Made by a program: the position numbers and the translations under genes
Notes under the pieces: generated by a model
Databases searched by the model: none
The model's input: the letters and a program-made list of their open reading frames with translations, nothing else
What the model was told of the DNA's origin: nothing
NCBI GenBank assembly: GCA_963706665.1
Contig: CAVPNP010000026.1
Location: 4,678 to 68,677, forward strand
DNA: 64,000 bases
Direction: 5' to 3'
Source: an uncultured Alphaproteobacteria bacterium
GTDB lineage: Bacteria > Pseudomonadota > Alphaproteobacteria > Rhizobiales > Rhodomicrobiaceae
Shown: piece by piece, positions 31,069-41,395 of the stretch
Layout: each line of letters starts with the position of its first letter
How positions within the stretch are numbered: the stretch's first letter is position 1

Positions 31069-31970
31069 TAATGCGCTGCCTCTTCCAAGGCCCCGCCAAG
31101 AGAATAGGAAGCCCAGGAGGGCGCAAACACCGTAACGGGCACCGTTCCGGCAAGGATTGGCTGGCCCTTTGCGAGCGCCTCGTTTACCCGGTCAAGCCTT
31201 GCGAGCGCGACGCCTTGCTTGCCCGATACCGACCCTAAATGCCCGACAGTAAATCCCTCCGCCGTGAGGTCCGCACCGCCCTCAGGCAATGCATTCTCTC
31301 CAATCACGCCAACAACGCGCGTGCGGCCCGTCCCTCGATGCTGCATTCGGGAGACGACTTCCTGCCCGACATAGCAGCCCTTTTTGAAATCGACGCCGTG
31401 GAGAAGGTCAAAGCAGGCATCATGCGGGAATGCGTTGCCGAATGCGTAATCTTTGCCGCCTTCCGGAATAGCCAGGCCAATCCGCATCGCTTCATAGGCC
31501 GCGAAGTCCTGCGTTGGGGGGAGGGTATCGAGTTCGCCAAAAAGGACGCGCGAGCCCAAACTCGACAAGCGGGGATCGGAATAGGTCATCGCGCCGCTAT
31601 CCTCGGCCCACGCTGCCGCGCCGTCACCCCACGCAGCGCCAACCCGCCAAGTGGCGGAAACGTCTTCTATCGCCACTTTCGCGCGGAGCTTATAAAAGCC
31701 GAGACGTTTCTGGAGATCGGCGGCAATTGCACTTGCACAATCGATCAGCAAGACACCGTCTACATTCACCACAAAAAATTCGAACAGAATCTTGCCCTGC
31801 GGGCTTAAAAGGCCAGTAAATCGCGCCGAACCTGCGGGCAACGTCTCGACGTCATTCGAGACCAAGCCCTGGAGAAAACTCGCGCGATCTTCGCCTGAGA
31901 TTTGCAAGCACGCCCTGTCGAGCAGCAGCGCTGTATGAACGTTCGGGGTCTGTGTTCCGGTCATCCACAA
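31068..31970 (-). CDS. ygfZ: Folate-binding Fe-S repair protein YgfZ
   Basis: KGCYVGQEVVSR signature, FLQGLVSND. Confidence 0.93.
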   Translation of the reverse strand: MWMTGTQTPNVHTALLLDRACLQISGEDRASFLQGLVSNDVETLPAGSARFTGLLSPQGKILFEFFVVNVDGVLLIDCASAIAADLQKRLGFYKLRAKVAIEDVSATWRVGAAWGDGAAAWAEDSGAMTYSDPRLSSLGSRVLFGELDTLPPTQDFAAYEAMRIGLAIPEGGKDYAFGNAFPHDACFDLLHGVDFKKGCYVGQEVVSRMQHRGTGRTRVVGVIGENALPEGGADLTAEGFTVGHLGSVSGKQGVALARLDRVNEALAKGQPILAGTVPVTVFAPSWASYSLGGALEEAAH

Positions 31971-32049
31971 GAGATAGCGCGGAATCGTTCAATTTTGAAG
32001 CAGTGTCGCCGAAGCCATCCTGCTAAAGGTTCAGTTTACTCCGAATTGG

Positions 32050-32979
32050 CTACCGGAGCATTAGCCACGCTACGAGAGGCACCGTCACCACGCTGATGAC
32101 CGTCGAGAGCACGATAGCCGCCGAAACCCGTTCAGCATCAGCCCCATAGCGTTGCGCCATGACATAGAGATTGCCGGCGGACGGTAAAGAGGCCGTTATA
32201 ACGCCTGCCTGCACCCAGAATGGCTCGACCTTTAGAATGTGCGCCAATACGTACCAAACGAGCAGCGGGTAAAACACGAGCTTCGTCGCGGTGATCCGCA
32301 CTGCAGTGAAAGCTGTCGTGCGATCAATGCGTTGCAGGGCCAGGGCGCCACCCAAGGCGAATAAAGCTGTGGGTCCAGCAGCACCGCCGAGAAAGCCAAA
32401 GAAGCGGTCGAGCGGTGCAGGCAGGGACACGCCTGCCGCCGCAAAGGTAGCGCCCAGCACGATTGCTACGATAACTGGATTTAAAGCGGTACCACGCAGC
32501 ACGATGGAACCAATGCTTGCGCGGCTGCCTTGAGAGACGCTCATGATTGCGCCGCCCAATGACATGAGAATCATAATCTCGGCGAGAAACGCCATGGCGA
32601 GGGGGCCCGCTCCGCGCTCTCCGAAAAAGGCCAGCATCAGCGGTGGCCCAAGGAAGCCTAGATTGCTGACCGTCGCGGTTGCGGCGCGCGCGCCTGACGC
32701 GGCAATGGTTTGTCTTTCGACGGTGCGCGAGAGGCCGAAGATAAGCGCAAAGATGAGGCCCGCACTTGCAAGATAGCCCGCATAGAAAACGGGATTGAAG
32801 GAGCTGCCGAGTGGCTGGCTAATGATCAGACGGAACACAAGAGCTGGCAGGGCAAAGCGGAATGAGAACGAGCCAAGCGAATCCAGTGTGCTGGGGCCGA
32901 CCAGTTGCATCCGCGCAGCCGCCCACCCCAATCCGACAACACCGAAAATCGGCAGGCTGAGAAGAACGAAGGCAATCAT
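32050..32979 (-). CDS. AEC (auxin efflux carrier) family transporter
   Basis: About 10 TM, FALPALVF, SNLGFLGPP, LPSAGN. Confidence 0.85.
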   Translation of the reverse strand: MIAFVLLSLPIFGVVGLGWAAARMQLVGPSTLDSLGSFSFRFALPALVFRLIISQPLGSSFNPVFYAGYLASAGLIFALIFGLSRTVERQTIAASGARAATATVSNLGFLGPPLMLAFFGERGAGPLAMAFLAEIMILMSLGGAIMSVSQGSRASIGSIVLRGTALNPVIVAIVLGATFAAAGVSLPAPLDRFFGFLGGAAGPTALFALGGALALQRIDRTTAFTAVRITATKLVFYPLLVWYVLAHILKVEPFWVQAGVITASLPSAGNLYVMAQRYGADAERVSAAIVLSTVISVVTVPLVAWLMLR

Positions 32980-33198
32980 ACGATTGCTGCCGCGCGTTGC
33001 TCGAACGATGCCGCTAGCAGCGCCGCGAGAATGCAGTCTTGTCCAACCATGATACCAAACCCTTCCATGCGATTTACGCCACACGGTAGGGGTGTAGGAA
33101 CCATAACAAAAACGAAATTTTCATATGGCAACGATCACTGATCGTGATGGCTGCTTACCCATCGGCTTTGCATCGATATGAGACGCAATGGCTCAGCT

Positions 33199-34059
33199 CT
33201 AAGAAGCACCGTCCTTGAGCGATCCCACGAGGTGGTCCGCCAACGCGGCCACCGTGCGGTTTTGGTTGCCTGGTGCGCGGTGAACCGCCACCTCAAAGGA
33301 AGGGAGGGATGGAAGTCCCTGGGCCTCGCCGAACGTAGTAAGGCCTCTCGGCAAGGTTCCCGCCTTTGTGACCGTAACTGCGAGCCCCGTCTGTACAACC
33401 GCCTCCAAGGCGCTGTGGCTCTGACACACATAGGCAAGCCGCCATCGGCGTTTGGCGCGATCAAGGGACGTCAGCGCTGCCTGGCGAAATTGACAGCCCG
33501 GTGGATGCAGCGCGAGCGGCAATACTGGCGCCTCATGAGACGAATGCTGCCGTGATCCAGCCCAAACCGCTTGTTCGGAACGTACCACCTCCCCACGGCC
33601 AGAACCGTGCGGATGCATCGCGAGCACCACGTCGAATGTTTCACCCAGCCGTTCGAGCAACGATGGCGAAAAGCCGGTTTCCATCTCGATTGCGACATTC
33701 GGATGCGCCGACATGAAGCTGGCAAGCATCGGCGGCAGCGCTTGCACTGCGTAATCTTCGATTGCGCCGAGCCGTACCACGCCACCCAGCACATCGTCAC
33801 GAAGCCTCTCCAAGGCTTCGTCGTTGAGCGCCACCATACGCCGCGCGTAACCAGCGAGAGCTTCGCCGCGCCGCGTCAGCTCCACGCGCCGGGAGCTGCG
33901 CTCGAATAGTGGACCGCTTGCGATTAGCTCAAGCCGCTTTATCTGCATGCTTACCGCGGATTGCGTGCGATTAAGCGCGCGCGCAGCGGCCGTGAAGCTC
34001 TCGCCATCCACGACCGCAAGGAAAGCCCGCAAGAGATCGACGTCAATATCAGTGCTCAT
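33199..34059 (-). CDS. LysR-family transcriptional regulator
   Basis: SFTAAARALNRTQSAVSMQIKRLE HTH. Confidence 0.93.
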   Translation of the reverse strand: MSTDIDVDLLRAFLAVVDGESFTAAARALNRTQSAVSMQIKRLELIASGPLFERSSRRVELTRRGEALAGYARRMVALNDEALERLRDDVLGGVVRLGAIEDYAVQALPPMLASFMSAHPNVAIEMETGFSPSLLERLGETFDVVLAMHPHGSGRGEVVRSEQAVWAGSRQHSSHEAPVLPLALHPPGCQFRQAALTSLDRAKRRWRLAYVCQSHSALEAVVQTGLAVTVTKAGTLPRGLTTFGEAQGLPSLPSFEVAVHRAPGNQNRTVAALADHLVGSLKDGAS

Positions 34060-34237
34060 TGCATCATCACGTTTTATGATGGATCATATGTCAAGATTTC
34101 GTTTTTAGCATTGTTGATTCCGAGCCTATTCTCCTGACTGCGAATGCAAGCTGAGAGTGCCGAAACCTTCGCCCCCGGTCATTCATTGCTGATCGCAGCA
34201 ACTTTGAATGGGCGACTTGAACAGAGGAGTATCTCAT

Positions 34238-35170
34238 ATGCGCATCGTCGTCATGGGGAGCGGGGGGACCGGGGGCTATTTTGGCGCGAAGCTCGCGAAA
34301 GCAGGCGAGGACGTGACGTTCGTCGCGCGCGGGGCGCATCTGGCGGCCATATGCGAAGCGGGGATACGCATTCGATCCGCCGTGGACGGTGAATGGACAG
34401 TCAATGTTCGGGCCGTCGAGACGCTAACCGGCCATGAACCTGCGGATCTCGTTCTTTTCTGCGTCAAGTCATTCGACACCGAAAGCGCGGCAGAGCTGGC
34501 GCGGCCCATCATCGGCCCAAGCACTGGTATCCTCTCGCTTCAAAACGGCGTCGATAATGAAGACAAGCTTCAGCGGGCTTTCGGCCCTGAGCACGTAATG
34601 GGCGGCGTTTCCTACATATTCTCGAATATCGAAGCGCCGGGCATCATCGCACACCACCAGCTTGCCCGCATTGTCTTCGGCGAGATGAACGGTCAGCCAT
34701 CGGAGCGGGCGACGCGATTCGCCGAGGCATGTAAACGTGCATCCATACAAGGCGAACTCGTCCCAAATATCCGGAAGACCCTTTGGGAAAAATACGTCTT
34801 TCTCACCGCGCTCGCAGGCGCAACGGCTATCACGCGTTTGCCGGTTAAATTCATTCGCGAGGTTCCCGAGACGCGCCGCTTGTGGCAGTTGCAAGTCGAG
34901 GAGTTGCTCGCGCTGGCGACGGCAGAGAACGTCGGGCTTGACCCAGACATGATGGAGCGGTGCGTCAAGTTCCTCGAATCGCTCGCGCCAACGAATTATT
35001 CATCGCTCTACCAGGACCTCATGCAAGGCAAGCGGCTGGAGCTCGACGCCCTCCATGGCCATGCGGTGCGGTTGGGTGAACGTCATGGCATCCCGACGCC
35101 GACGCTATTCGCAGTGTATGCGGCGCTGCGGCCCTATATTTTGGGCGCTCCTTCGCGGGACGCCTCGTAA
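34238..35170 (+). CDS. panE: 2-dehydropantoate 2-reductase (PanE/ApbA family)
   Basis: GSGGTGG, VKSFD, LQNG, LWEK, SSLYQD, ELDAL. Confidence 0.85.
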   Translation: MRIVVMGSGGTGGYFGAKLAKAGEDVTFVARGAHLAAICEAGIRIRSAVDGEWTVNVRAVETLTGHEPADLVLFCVKSFDTESAAELARPIIGPSTGILSLQNGVDNEDKLQRAFGPEHVMGGVSYIFSNIEAPGIIAHHQLARIVFGEMNGQPSERATRFAEACKRASIQGELVPNIRKTLWEKYVFLTALAGATAITRLPVKFIREVPETRRLWQLQVEELLALATAENVGLDPDMMERCVKFLESLAPTNYSSLYQDLMQGKRLELDALHGHAVRLGERHGIPTPTLFAVYAALRPYILGAPSRDAS

Positions 35171-35201
35171 TCAGTCTCAGGGCTCCAAAGGGAGGTATGC
35201 A

Positions 35202-35543
35202 ATGAACCAGTCTATCTATCCATCGATATCCCAAGAACTCGTGAGTAAACGCCGGAGCCTTGCCCCGGATATCCAGGCAGCATTCGCGGAATTTAGTGCA
35301 CGTGTCTTCCAGGATGGAGCCCTGCCAGCAAAAACGAAGCAACTCATTGCCGTAGCGGTCGCGCATGTCACCCAATGCCCCTACTGCATCCGCAGCCACA
35401 CCAAAGCGGCATTGGGGCAAGGCGCGACGGAGCAAGAGCTTATGGAGGCGATTTGGGTAGCGGCCGAAATGCGTGCGGGCGCGGCCTATGCTCATTCGGC
35501 GGTCATGATCGCGACAGCGACCGAACACAAAACCGCAGAGTAA
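35202..35543 (+). CDS. Carboxymuconolactone decarboxylase / AhpD-family protein
   Basis: KQLIAVAVAHVTQCPYCIRSH; GGAGG RBS. Confidence 0.88.
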   Translation: MNQSIYPSISQELVSKRRSLAPDIQAAFAEFSARVFQDGALPAKTKQLIAVAVAHVTQCPYCIRSHTKAALGQGATEQELMEAIWVAAEMRAGAAYAHSAVMIATATEHKTAE

Positions 35544-35669
35544 GCAAACGGCACCACTGCGCAGGTGCCCCCGGCTGCGGAGGCGTGCAGTGTTGCCGCG
35601 TCATAAATACCCGTAACTTACGCAAAACGGGTGAGCATCCCGTGCGAATTTCATGCTAAATACACGCGC

Positions 35670-36954
35670 ATGAATGTTCTTTTGATCGGCAGCGGCGCGC
35701 GTGAGCACGCCCTTGCGTGGAAACTTCGGCAGAGCCCGCAGCTTGGCACGCTTTTTTGCACACCAGCGAATGCTGGGATACTCTCGATTGCCCAAAAGGC
35801 GGAGCTGGACCATGGCGACCATTCCGCAGTCGTCGAGTTCTGTCGCGAAGGAATCGATAGGCCTCGTGGTGGTGGGGCCCGAGGCTCCTTTGGTTGATGG
35901 GCTGGCTGACACCCTACGCGAGGCGGGGATTGTCGTGTTCGGTCCCTCGAGCGGGGCGGCGAAACTTGAGGCGTCTAAATCCTTCACCAAGGCCGTCTGC
36001 GCCGAATATGGAATACCGACTGCGGCTTATGCGCATTTCGCGGACAGTAGCGAGGCTGTTGACTACGCGCGCCAGCAAGGAGCACCGCTCGTGGTCAAGG
36101 CGGACGGTCTGGCCGCAGGAAAAGGCGTTGTCGTGAGCGAGACGCTCGCCGAAGCCGAGGACGCCATCACCGCCTGTTTTTCCGGCGCGTTCGGCGCTGC
36201 GGGAGCTTCCGTCGTTATCGAAGAAAAGATGATCGGCGAGGAAGCGAGTTTCTTCGCCATTTGTGACGGCGCTCGCGCCCTTCCGTTGGCAAGCGCGCAA
36301 GACTATAAGCGTGCACTCGATGGCGACCTCGGCCCCAACACCGGCGGAATGGGAGCGGCATCACCCGCGCCGATGATGACAGCCAATCTTCAAAACGAGA
36401 TAATGCAGAAGATCATCGCGCCGACGCTAGAGGCGATGGCTGCGCGCGGTACGCCATTCCAAGGCGTTCTGTTCGCTGGACTTATGATAACCGCTGAAGG
36501 CCCGAAGCTCATCGAATATAATGTTCGTTTCGGAGATCCCGAATGCCAGACGCTAATGTTGCGGCTGAAATCCGACCTACTGCCCATATTACTGGCTGCC
36601 GCGACCGGGAAGCTTGAGACCGTCAGCCCTGAGTGGCGCGATGAAGCCGCGATCTCTATTGTTATGGCCGCCGAGGGGTATCCCGGGGCTTACCGTAAGG
36701 GAAGCGCAATCCGCAATCTGGACCGCGCGGCTGAATTGCCCGGAATCTCAATATTTCACGCGGGCACGGAACGAAAAGAGGACGGAACAGTCATTGCCAA
36801 TGGAGGCCGCGTTCTCAATGTTTGCGCGCTCGGCAAAGACATACCCGAAGCGCAGGCCTCGGCCTATGAAGCGATAAGCCAGATTGACTGGCCCCAAGGC
36901 TTTTGCCGTCGCGATATTGGCTGGCGCTCTATCGATAGGGAAAATGTTGTATGA
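35670..36954 (+). CDS. purD: Phosphoribosylamine-glycine ligase, frameshifted near 35845
   Basis: [17 protein letters not shown] in one frame; [43 protein letters not shown] in the next. Confidence 0.93.
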
Positions 36955-37863
36955 CAACGGACCTGCCAGAACTCTTTCCGGGATTTGAGCGCCGCACCTT
37001 CACCACGAGAGGGGCCGAAATTTTCGCGCGCATCGGGGGAAGCGGAGCGCCACTCGTACTGCTGCATGGCTATCCGCAAACTCATGCGATGTGGCATCGA
37101 ATGGCCCCGGAGCTCGCTAAACATTTTACGCTCGTGATGCTTGATTTGCGGGGCTACGGCTCAAGCTCGGTCCCAGCCGGCGAGCCCGATCACTTCAGCT
37201 ATTCGAAGCGCGCCATGGCGCAAGACGTTTGCGATGTCATGGACACGCTCGGCCATCGGCGATTTCTCGTCTGCGGACATGATCGTGGCGGCCGCGTCGC
37301 CTATCGTCTGGCACTCGATGCGCAGGACCGCGTGGAGCGCCTTGCGGTGCTTGATATCGTTCCGACTTTCGACATGTGGCACCGATTGACGCCACAGCTT
37401 GCGCTGAAGACGTTCCACTGGACTTTTCTTGCGCAGCCCGCGCCTTGGCCGGAGCGGATGATTGGCGTTGATCCCCTTGCATGGCTCGAGGCCAAAGTCG
37501 GGGATTGGAATGGAATAGGCGGCGTTTCGGTATTTACGCCAGAGGCGCTTGCCCATTATCGCGCCTTTTTCGCTCAGCCGGAGCGGCTTCACGCCACCTG
37601 TGAGGATTATCGTGCAGGCGCAACCTATGATCTTCGCGCGGACGAAGCCGACCGGGCCGCGGGGAAAAAGATTGGCTGTCCGGTACTGGCTCTTTGGGGG
37701 AAAGTCGGCATTCCGGGCAAGACTGAGGGGCCGCTCGCCATTTGGCGGACCTGGTGCGACAACGTCGAAGGGCAGAGCAATCAATTGCGGTCATTTTCTC
37801 GCCGAGGAAGCCCCCGAGGAAACGCTTGCGGCCTTGTTGCCGTTTTTAAAGGGAAACGGGTGA
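36951..37863 (+). CDS. Alpha/beta hydrolase, haloacetate dehalogenase-like, frameshifted near 37778
   Basis: HGYPQT, GHDRGGR (Asp nucleophile), CEDYRA; catalytic [11 protein letters not shown] in the alternative frame ending 37863. Confidence 0.85.
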
Positions 37864-37870
37864 CAGTCCC

Positions 37871-38699
37871 GTGGCCAAGCCTGCACCTAAGATCGGGCTG
37901 GCGCTAGGCGGCGGCGGCGCGCGCGGTCTTGCTCATATTGCTGTGTTGGAGGCATTTGACGAACTCGACGTAAAACCTGCCTGTATTTCCGGAACAAGCA
38001 TAGGCGCTTTAATTGGCGCACCCTACGCCGCTGGCATGTCCGCTGCGGACATCCGTTCTTATTGCGACACCTTACTTCGAAGAAGAAGCACGCTGTTTCG
38101 CCATGTCTATTGGAGATGGCGCGGCCGCTTCATGGACTATTGGAAGCCCAACGGACCTTCGCTCTTCAGCGCTGAACACATTTTTGAGCTTGTTTTGCCA
38201 GCGGAGCTACCTGACACATTCGAAGGCTTGTCTATCCCGCTTGAGATTGTCGCTACCGACTTTTACAAGCAAACCGAGCATGTGATGCGCGCCGGTCCGT
38301 TGTTGCCGGCCCTTGCCGCAAGTTCCGCGTTGCCTGCGCTATTAAAGCCTGTCGAAGCCGATGGCCGCATCTTGATTGACGGCGGCTTTGTTAATCCTCT
38401 TCCCTTCGATCTTTTGCGCGGCAAGGCCGACTATATCATTGCCGTCGATGTGAGCGGCGGTCCGAGCGAAGCTAAGGGTACTCTTCCGCGAGCCATCGAG
38501 GCCGCGCTCGGCGCGCAACAGATCGCGCTTCGGTCGATCATCAACGCAAAGCTCGAGAGCGTCAGCCCCCGACATACTTATCAGGCCGAAAGTTGGCCAG
38601 TTTCGCGTGATGGATTTCCTGCGTAAGGACGAAATTTTGGCCGCTTCGGCAGACGCTAAAGCCGAGGTAAAGGAGGCGCTAGGCACTATCTTGCGGTGA
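37871..38699 (+). CDS. Patatin-like phospholipase, frameshifted near 38557
   Basis: GGGGARG, GTSIG, DGG; C-terminus DILIRPKVGQFRVMDF in another frame. Confidence 0.85.
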
Positions 38700-39152
38700 G
38701 TGCATTCTGTGAGGTTGGTTATCTTTCGGGCCGTTTCAAACCCCGGCTCTCTCTGAAAATACCCGTCGTGCGGGCATTTTGTTGTGTAGATCTCGCCTTT
38801 GTAGACCTTTGATTGCATTAACAGGGTTGACCAAAAAGGCCCTGAGTTTGAGGGTCGCATCGTTGCATTGGCCCTGTGCGGACGATTCTAGCCGGGAACA
38901 TGTAACGGTGTACCAGTATTCTGCTGTTGGGCCGGAGAAATCGGCTAGCGGTCTGCACGACGGCCGGGCGATACCCACCAGCGCTTGCGGAATTTGGTCA
39001 ATGGAATGTATTTTAATGCGTGTGGTAGAAGGCTGGCGTTCGCATTCGCTGTTTGAAGCATTGGTCCCAGGGGGCAATCGGGGGCCTCACAAATAAGCAC
39101 AACGCCAAGCATTGATCTTACAACAGGTAATTAGCTAGCGGAGAGACTTACT

Positions 39153-39527
39153 ATGAAAACCAAAGCGCCAGCAGCAGCGGCAAAAGCAGCCGCGCCATCA
39201 AAAACAGCGGCCGCCCCAGCAAAAGCAGAGGCAAAGGCTGAGGCGAAGCCAGAGATTGTCACGCTTCGTCAACTCGCGACCGACATCGCCGAAAATCATG
39301 GGCTTTCGCAAAAGCAAACGAATGAAGTCCTGGCCGGTACTGTCGCAATGATCGGTAAGCATCTTAAAAAAGGTATGCGCATCCGCATCGCGGGATTGGG
39401 CACCTTGGAGGTGCGCAAGCGTTCGGCGCGGATGGGGCGTAATCCGGCCACGGGCGAGCCCATGAAAATCAAGGCGAGGAAAACGGTTGCATTCCGCGCC
39501 TCAAAGGAACTCACGGACTCGATCTAA
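39153..39527 (+). CDS. HU-family DNA-binding protein with Ala/Lys/Pro-rich N-terminal tail
   Basis: IAGLGTL, RSARMGRNPATGE, VAFRASKEL. Confidence 0.9.
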   Translation: MKTKAPAAAAKAAAPSKTAAAPAKAEAKAEAKPEIVTLRQLATDIAENHGLSQKQTNEVLAGTVAMIGKHLKKGMRIRIAGLGTLEVRKRSARMGRNPATGEPMKIKARKTVAFRASKELTDSI

Positions 39528-39569
39528 ATTGAAATTAGAGCGCGGCAGGCAGCGGGGGCTGTCACAACG

Positions 39570-39667
39570 GATTGCGACGGCGAGCAAAGCTCAACCGGAA
39601 GCAATCCGGAACAACGCTCCCGGTGTTTCCACTGGATCGCGCGGCGTGGTGCGCCTCGCGACGGCGT
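39570..39667. repeat. REP-like palindromic copy
   Basis: ATTGCGA...GAAGCAATCCGG...CTGGATCGC...CTCGCGACGGCG between convergent HU and cytochrome c genes. Confidence 0.6.
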
Positions 39668-39672
39668 AGTGG

Positions 39673-39954
39673 TCAGCCGCCGTAATTCGCCTTGAGATAA
39701 TCTGCTATAATCTTGGCGTCCGCATCATCGATGGGGGCGCCAAATGTTTTTATCATCTTATCCATCTCAGCATCCCAACCCGCCGAGTTGAGAAATGGCG
39801 AGTTCATTTGGATGTAATCAAGACTGTGGCAGGCGGCGCAATTGGCCTCCACCACCTCCACACCCGGCGCTTTTTTGAGTTCAATAGAATGCTCATCTGC
39901 ATTTGCCTGCGGAAACAAAAATAGAGCGCAGAGGACAGCGACGGTGGTTCGCAT
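39673..39954 (-). CDS. sorB: Monoheme cytochrome c, SorB-like
   Basis: CAACH heme motif, SLDYIQMN, KMIKTFGAPI; downstream of sorA. Confidence 0.8.
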   Translation of the reverse strand: MRTTVAVLCALFLFPQANADEHSIELKKAPGVEVVEANCAACHSLDYIQMNSPFLNSAGWDAEMDKMIKTFGAPIDDADAKIIADYLKANYGG

Positions 39955-39965
39955 TTTTTCCTCCT

Positions 39966-41198
39966 TTAGACTCCGATAAGCGTGACGGTTTGCATAACAT
40001 TATTCTGGTAGCCGGCCGGGTTTAGGATCAGGCTTGCAGTCTGTGCCTGTCCAACGACGTTGATGGCGCGCGCCGTAACCGTGTTTTTGCCGCGAGCGAT
40101 GGTGATTTCATGCGTCCACGACCGGAACGCAAAGCGGCCAAGGTTCTCTCCTAGCCTTGCCGGCGTCCAGCTCGTCCCGCCATCGGTTGAGATTTCCACG
40201 GTTTGGATGCCGAATCCGCCGTCCCACGCCAATCCGCCAATAGTCAGCTTTCCTGGCGCCGACATCGCCCCGTCCTTGTGACTGGTGATGAGCGAGTTAA
40301 CGACCATCTCAGTAACGGGAATGCTTGTTTCCGTTTCTTGCGAGAGAAAACGGTCGACGATAGGGAATTTGCCAGCCGGGATACGATACGATGATTTCAT
40401 CCAATAGCCATCAAAGGCCTTGGAAACCGCGCGGATCGAGACAAGGTGCTTCACCCAGTAGGTTCCGTTCCATCCCGGCACGATGAGGCGCGCGGGAAAA
40501 CCGTTCCAGTGCGGCAATGGTTGGCCATTCATCTCGTAGGCGATCAAGGTTGTCTCTTGCAGCGCCTTCGATACGGGTATGCTTTTCACAAAATCCGGCG
40601 TCTTGTCGACTGTAGGTCCATCATTGCCGTCGAACACAATTTCGATCGCTTCCTTTTTGAGCCCTACTTTATCGAGCACGTCCTTAAGGCGCGGACCCTT
40701 CCAGCGCGCGCAACCCATGCCGCCATATCCCCATTGAACGCCGCGAACGTGCGGCTGAAATAGTCCGCGCCTATTGCCCGCACAGTGATTGACGGCAACA
40801 ACTTCGCTGGCGGGCATTTTCCGAAGGTCATCGAAGGTTAGTTCTGTCTCGCCCTTCGCTGCTTCGCCGCCAAGCGTGAGCCTCCAATTTGCTATCTCTA
40901 TCTCTGGAATGTCCGCGATGTGGTAGCGCACGAAGAAGGCGTCGTTTGGCGTGATCGCCGTACGAAGATATTCGAGCGGCGTTTCGTAATTCGGCGGGCG
41001 ATAAGTAAGTTTGATGAGGGGCCTCTTGCCGGAAAGAGTATGCAAAACCGCTTCTTCACGAGTGCCCGAAGGCAGCGATGCAGGCAGGTCCGTGATGGCC
41101 GCCTGCGCGCCGAATAGTCGCGGGGAAGCGAAAGCGCCGCCAGTAAGCGCTACAACTTGAAGTAGGCGGCGGCGAGTGATGATTTCTTTCTCTCGCAT
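39966..41198 (-). CDS. sorA: Sulfite dehydrogenase molybdopterin subunit, SorA-like
   Basis: TRRRLL Tat signal, FFVRYH, HCAGNRR, NGFPARLIVPGW, VEISTDGG. Confidence 0.85.
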   Translation of the reverse strand: MREKEIITRRRLLQVVALTGGAFASPRLFGAQAAITDLPASLPSGTREEAVLHTLSGKRPLIKLTYRPPNYETPLEYLRTAITPNDAFFVRYHIADIPEIEIANWRLTLGGEAAKGETELTFDDLRKMPASEVVAVNHCAGNRRGLFQPHVRGVQWGYGGMGCARWKGPRLKDVLDKVGLKKEAIEIVFDGNDGPTVDKTPDFVKSIPVSKALQETTLIAYEMNGQPLPHWNGFPARLIVPGWNGTYWVKHLVSIRAVSKAFDGYWMKSSYRIPAGKFPIVDRFLSQETETSIPVTEMVVNSLITSHKDGAMSAPGKLTIGGLAWDGGFGIQTVEISTDGGTSWTPARLGENLGRFAFRSWTHEITIARGKNTVTARAINVVGQAQTASLILNPAGYQNNVMQTVTLIGV

Positions 41199-41395
41199 CT
41201 CATCCTCCCGAGTCGCGCCTTCGAGTCTGCCACTAGCCGAGTTAACAGCCAGTGTTGACTGAACTGCTTCGGATCGGCGGCGCTTGAGGGCTCCGAGGAA
41301 CAGCACTTGGAGAGCCTGTCTTATTCCAGCATCGGTCCCCATATAGTAGGGACACACTCCTTGCACGAGCGTAAACCCAATGTTGGGAGGAACAA

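Noticed and set aside
35670-36954. purD (and putA) as true pseudogenes or programmed frameshifts
   Set aside because: Motifs are intact, no shared slippery site is seen, and similar indels occur window-wide, so assembly error is more likely
38700-39150. 450-bp intergenic region upstream of the HU gene as an ncRNA or riboswitch
   Set aside because: No recognisable RNA family motif or strong structure by eye
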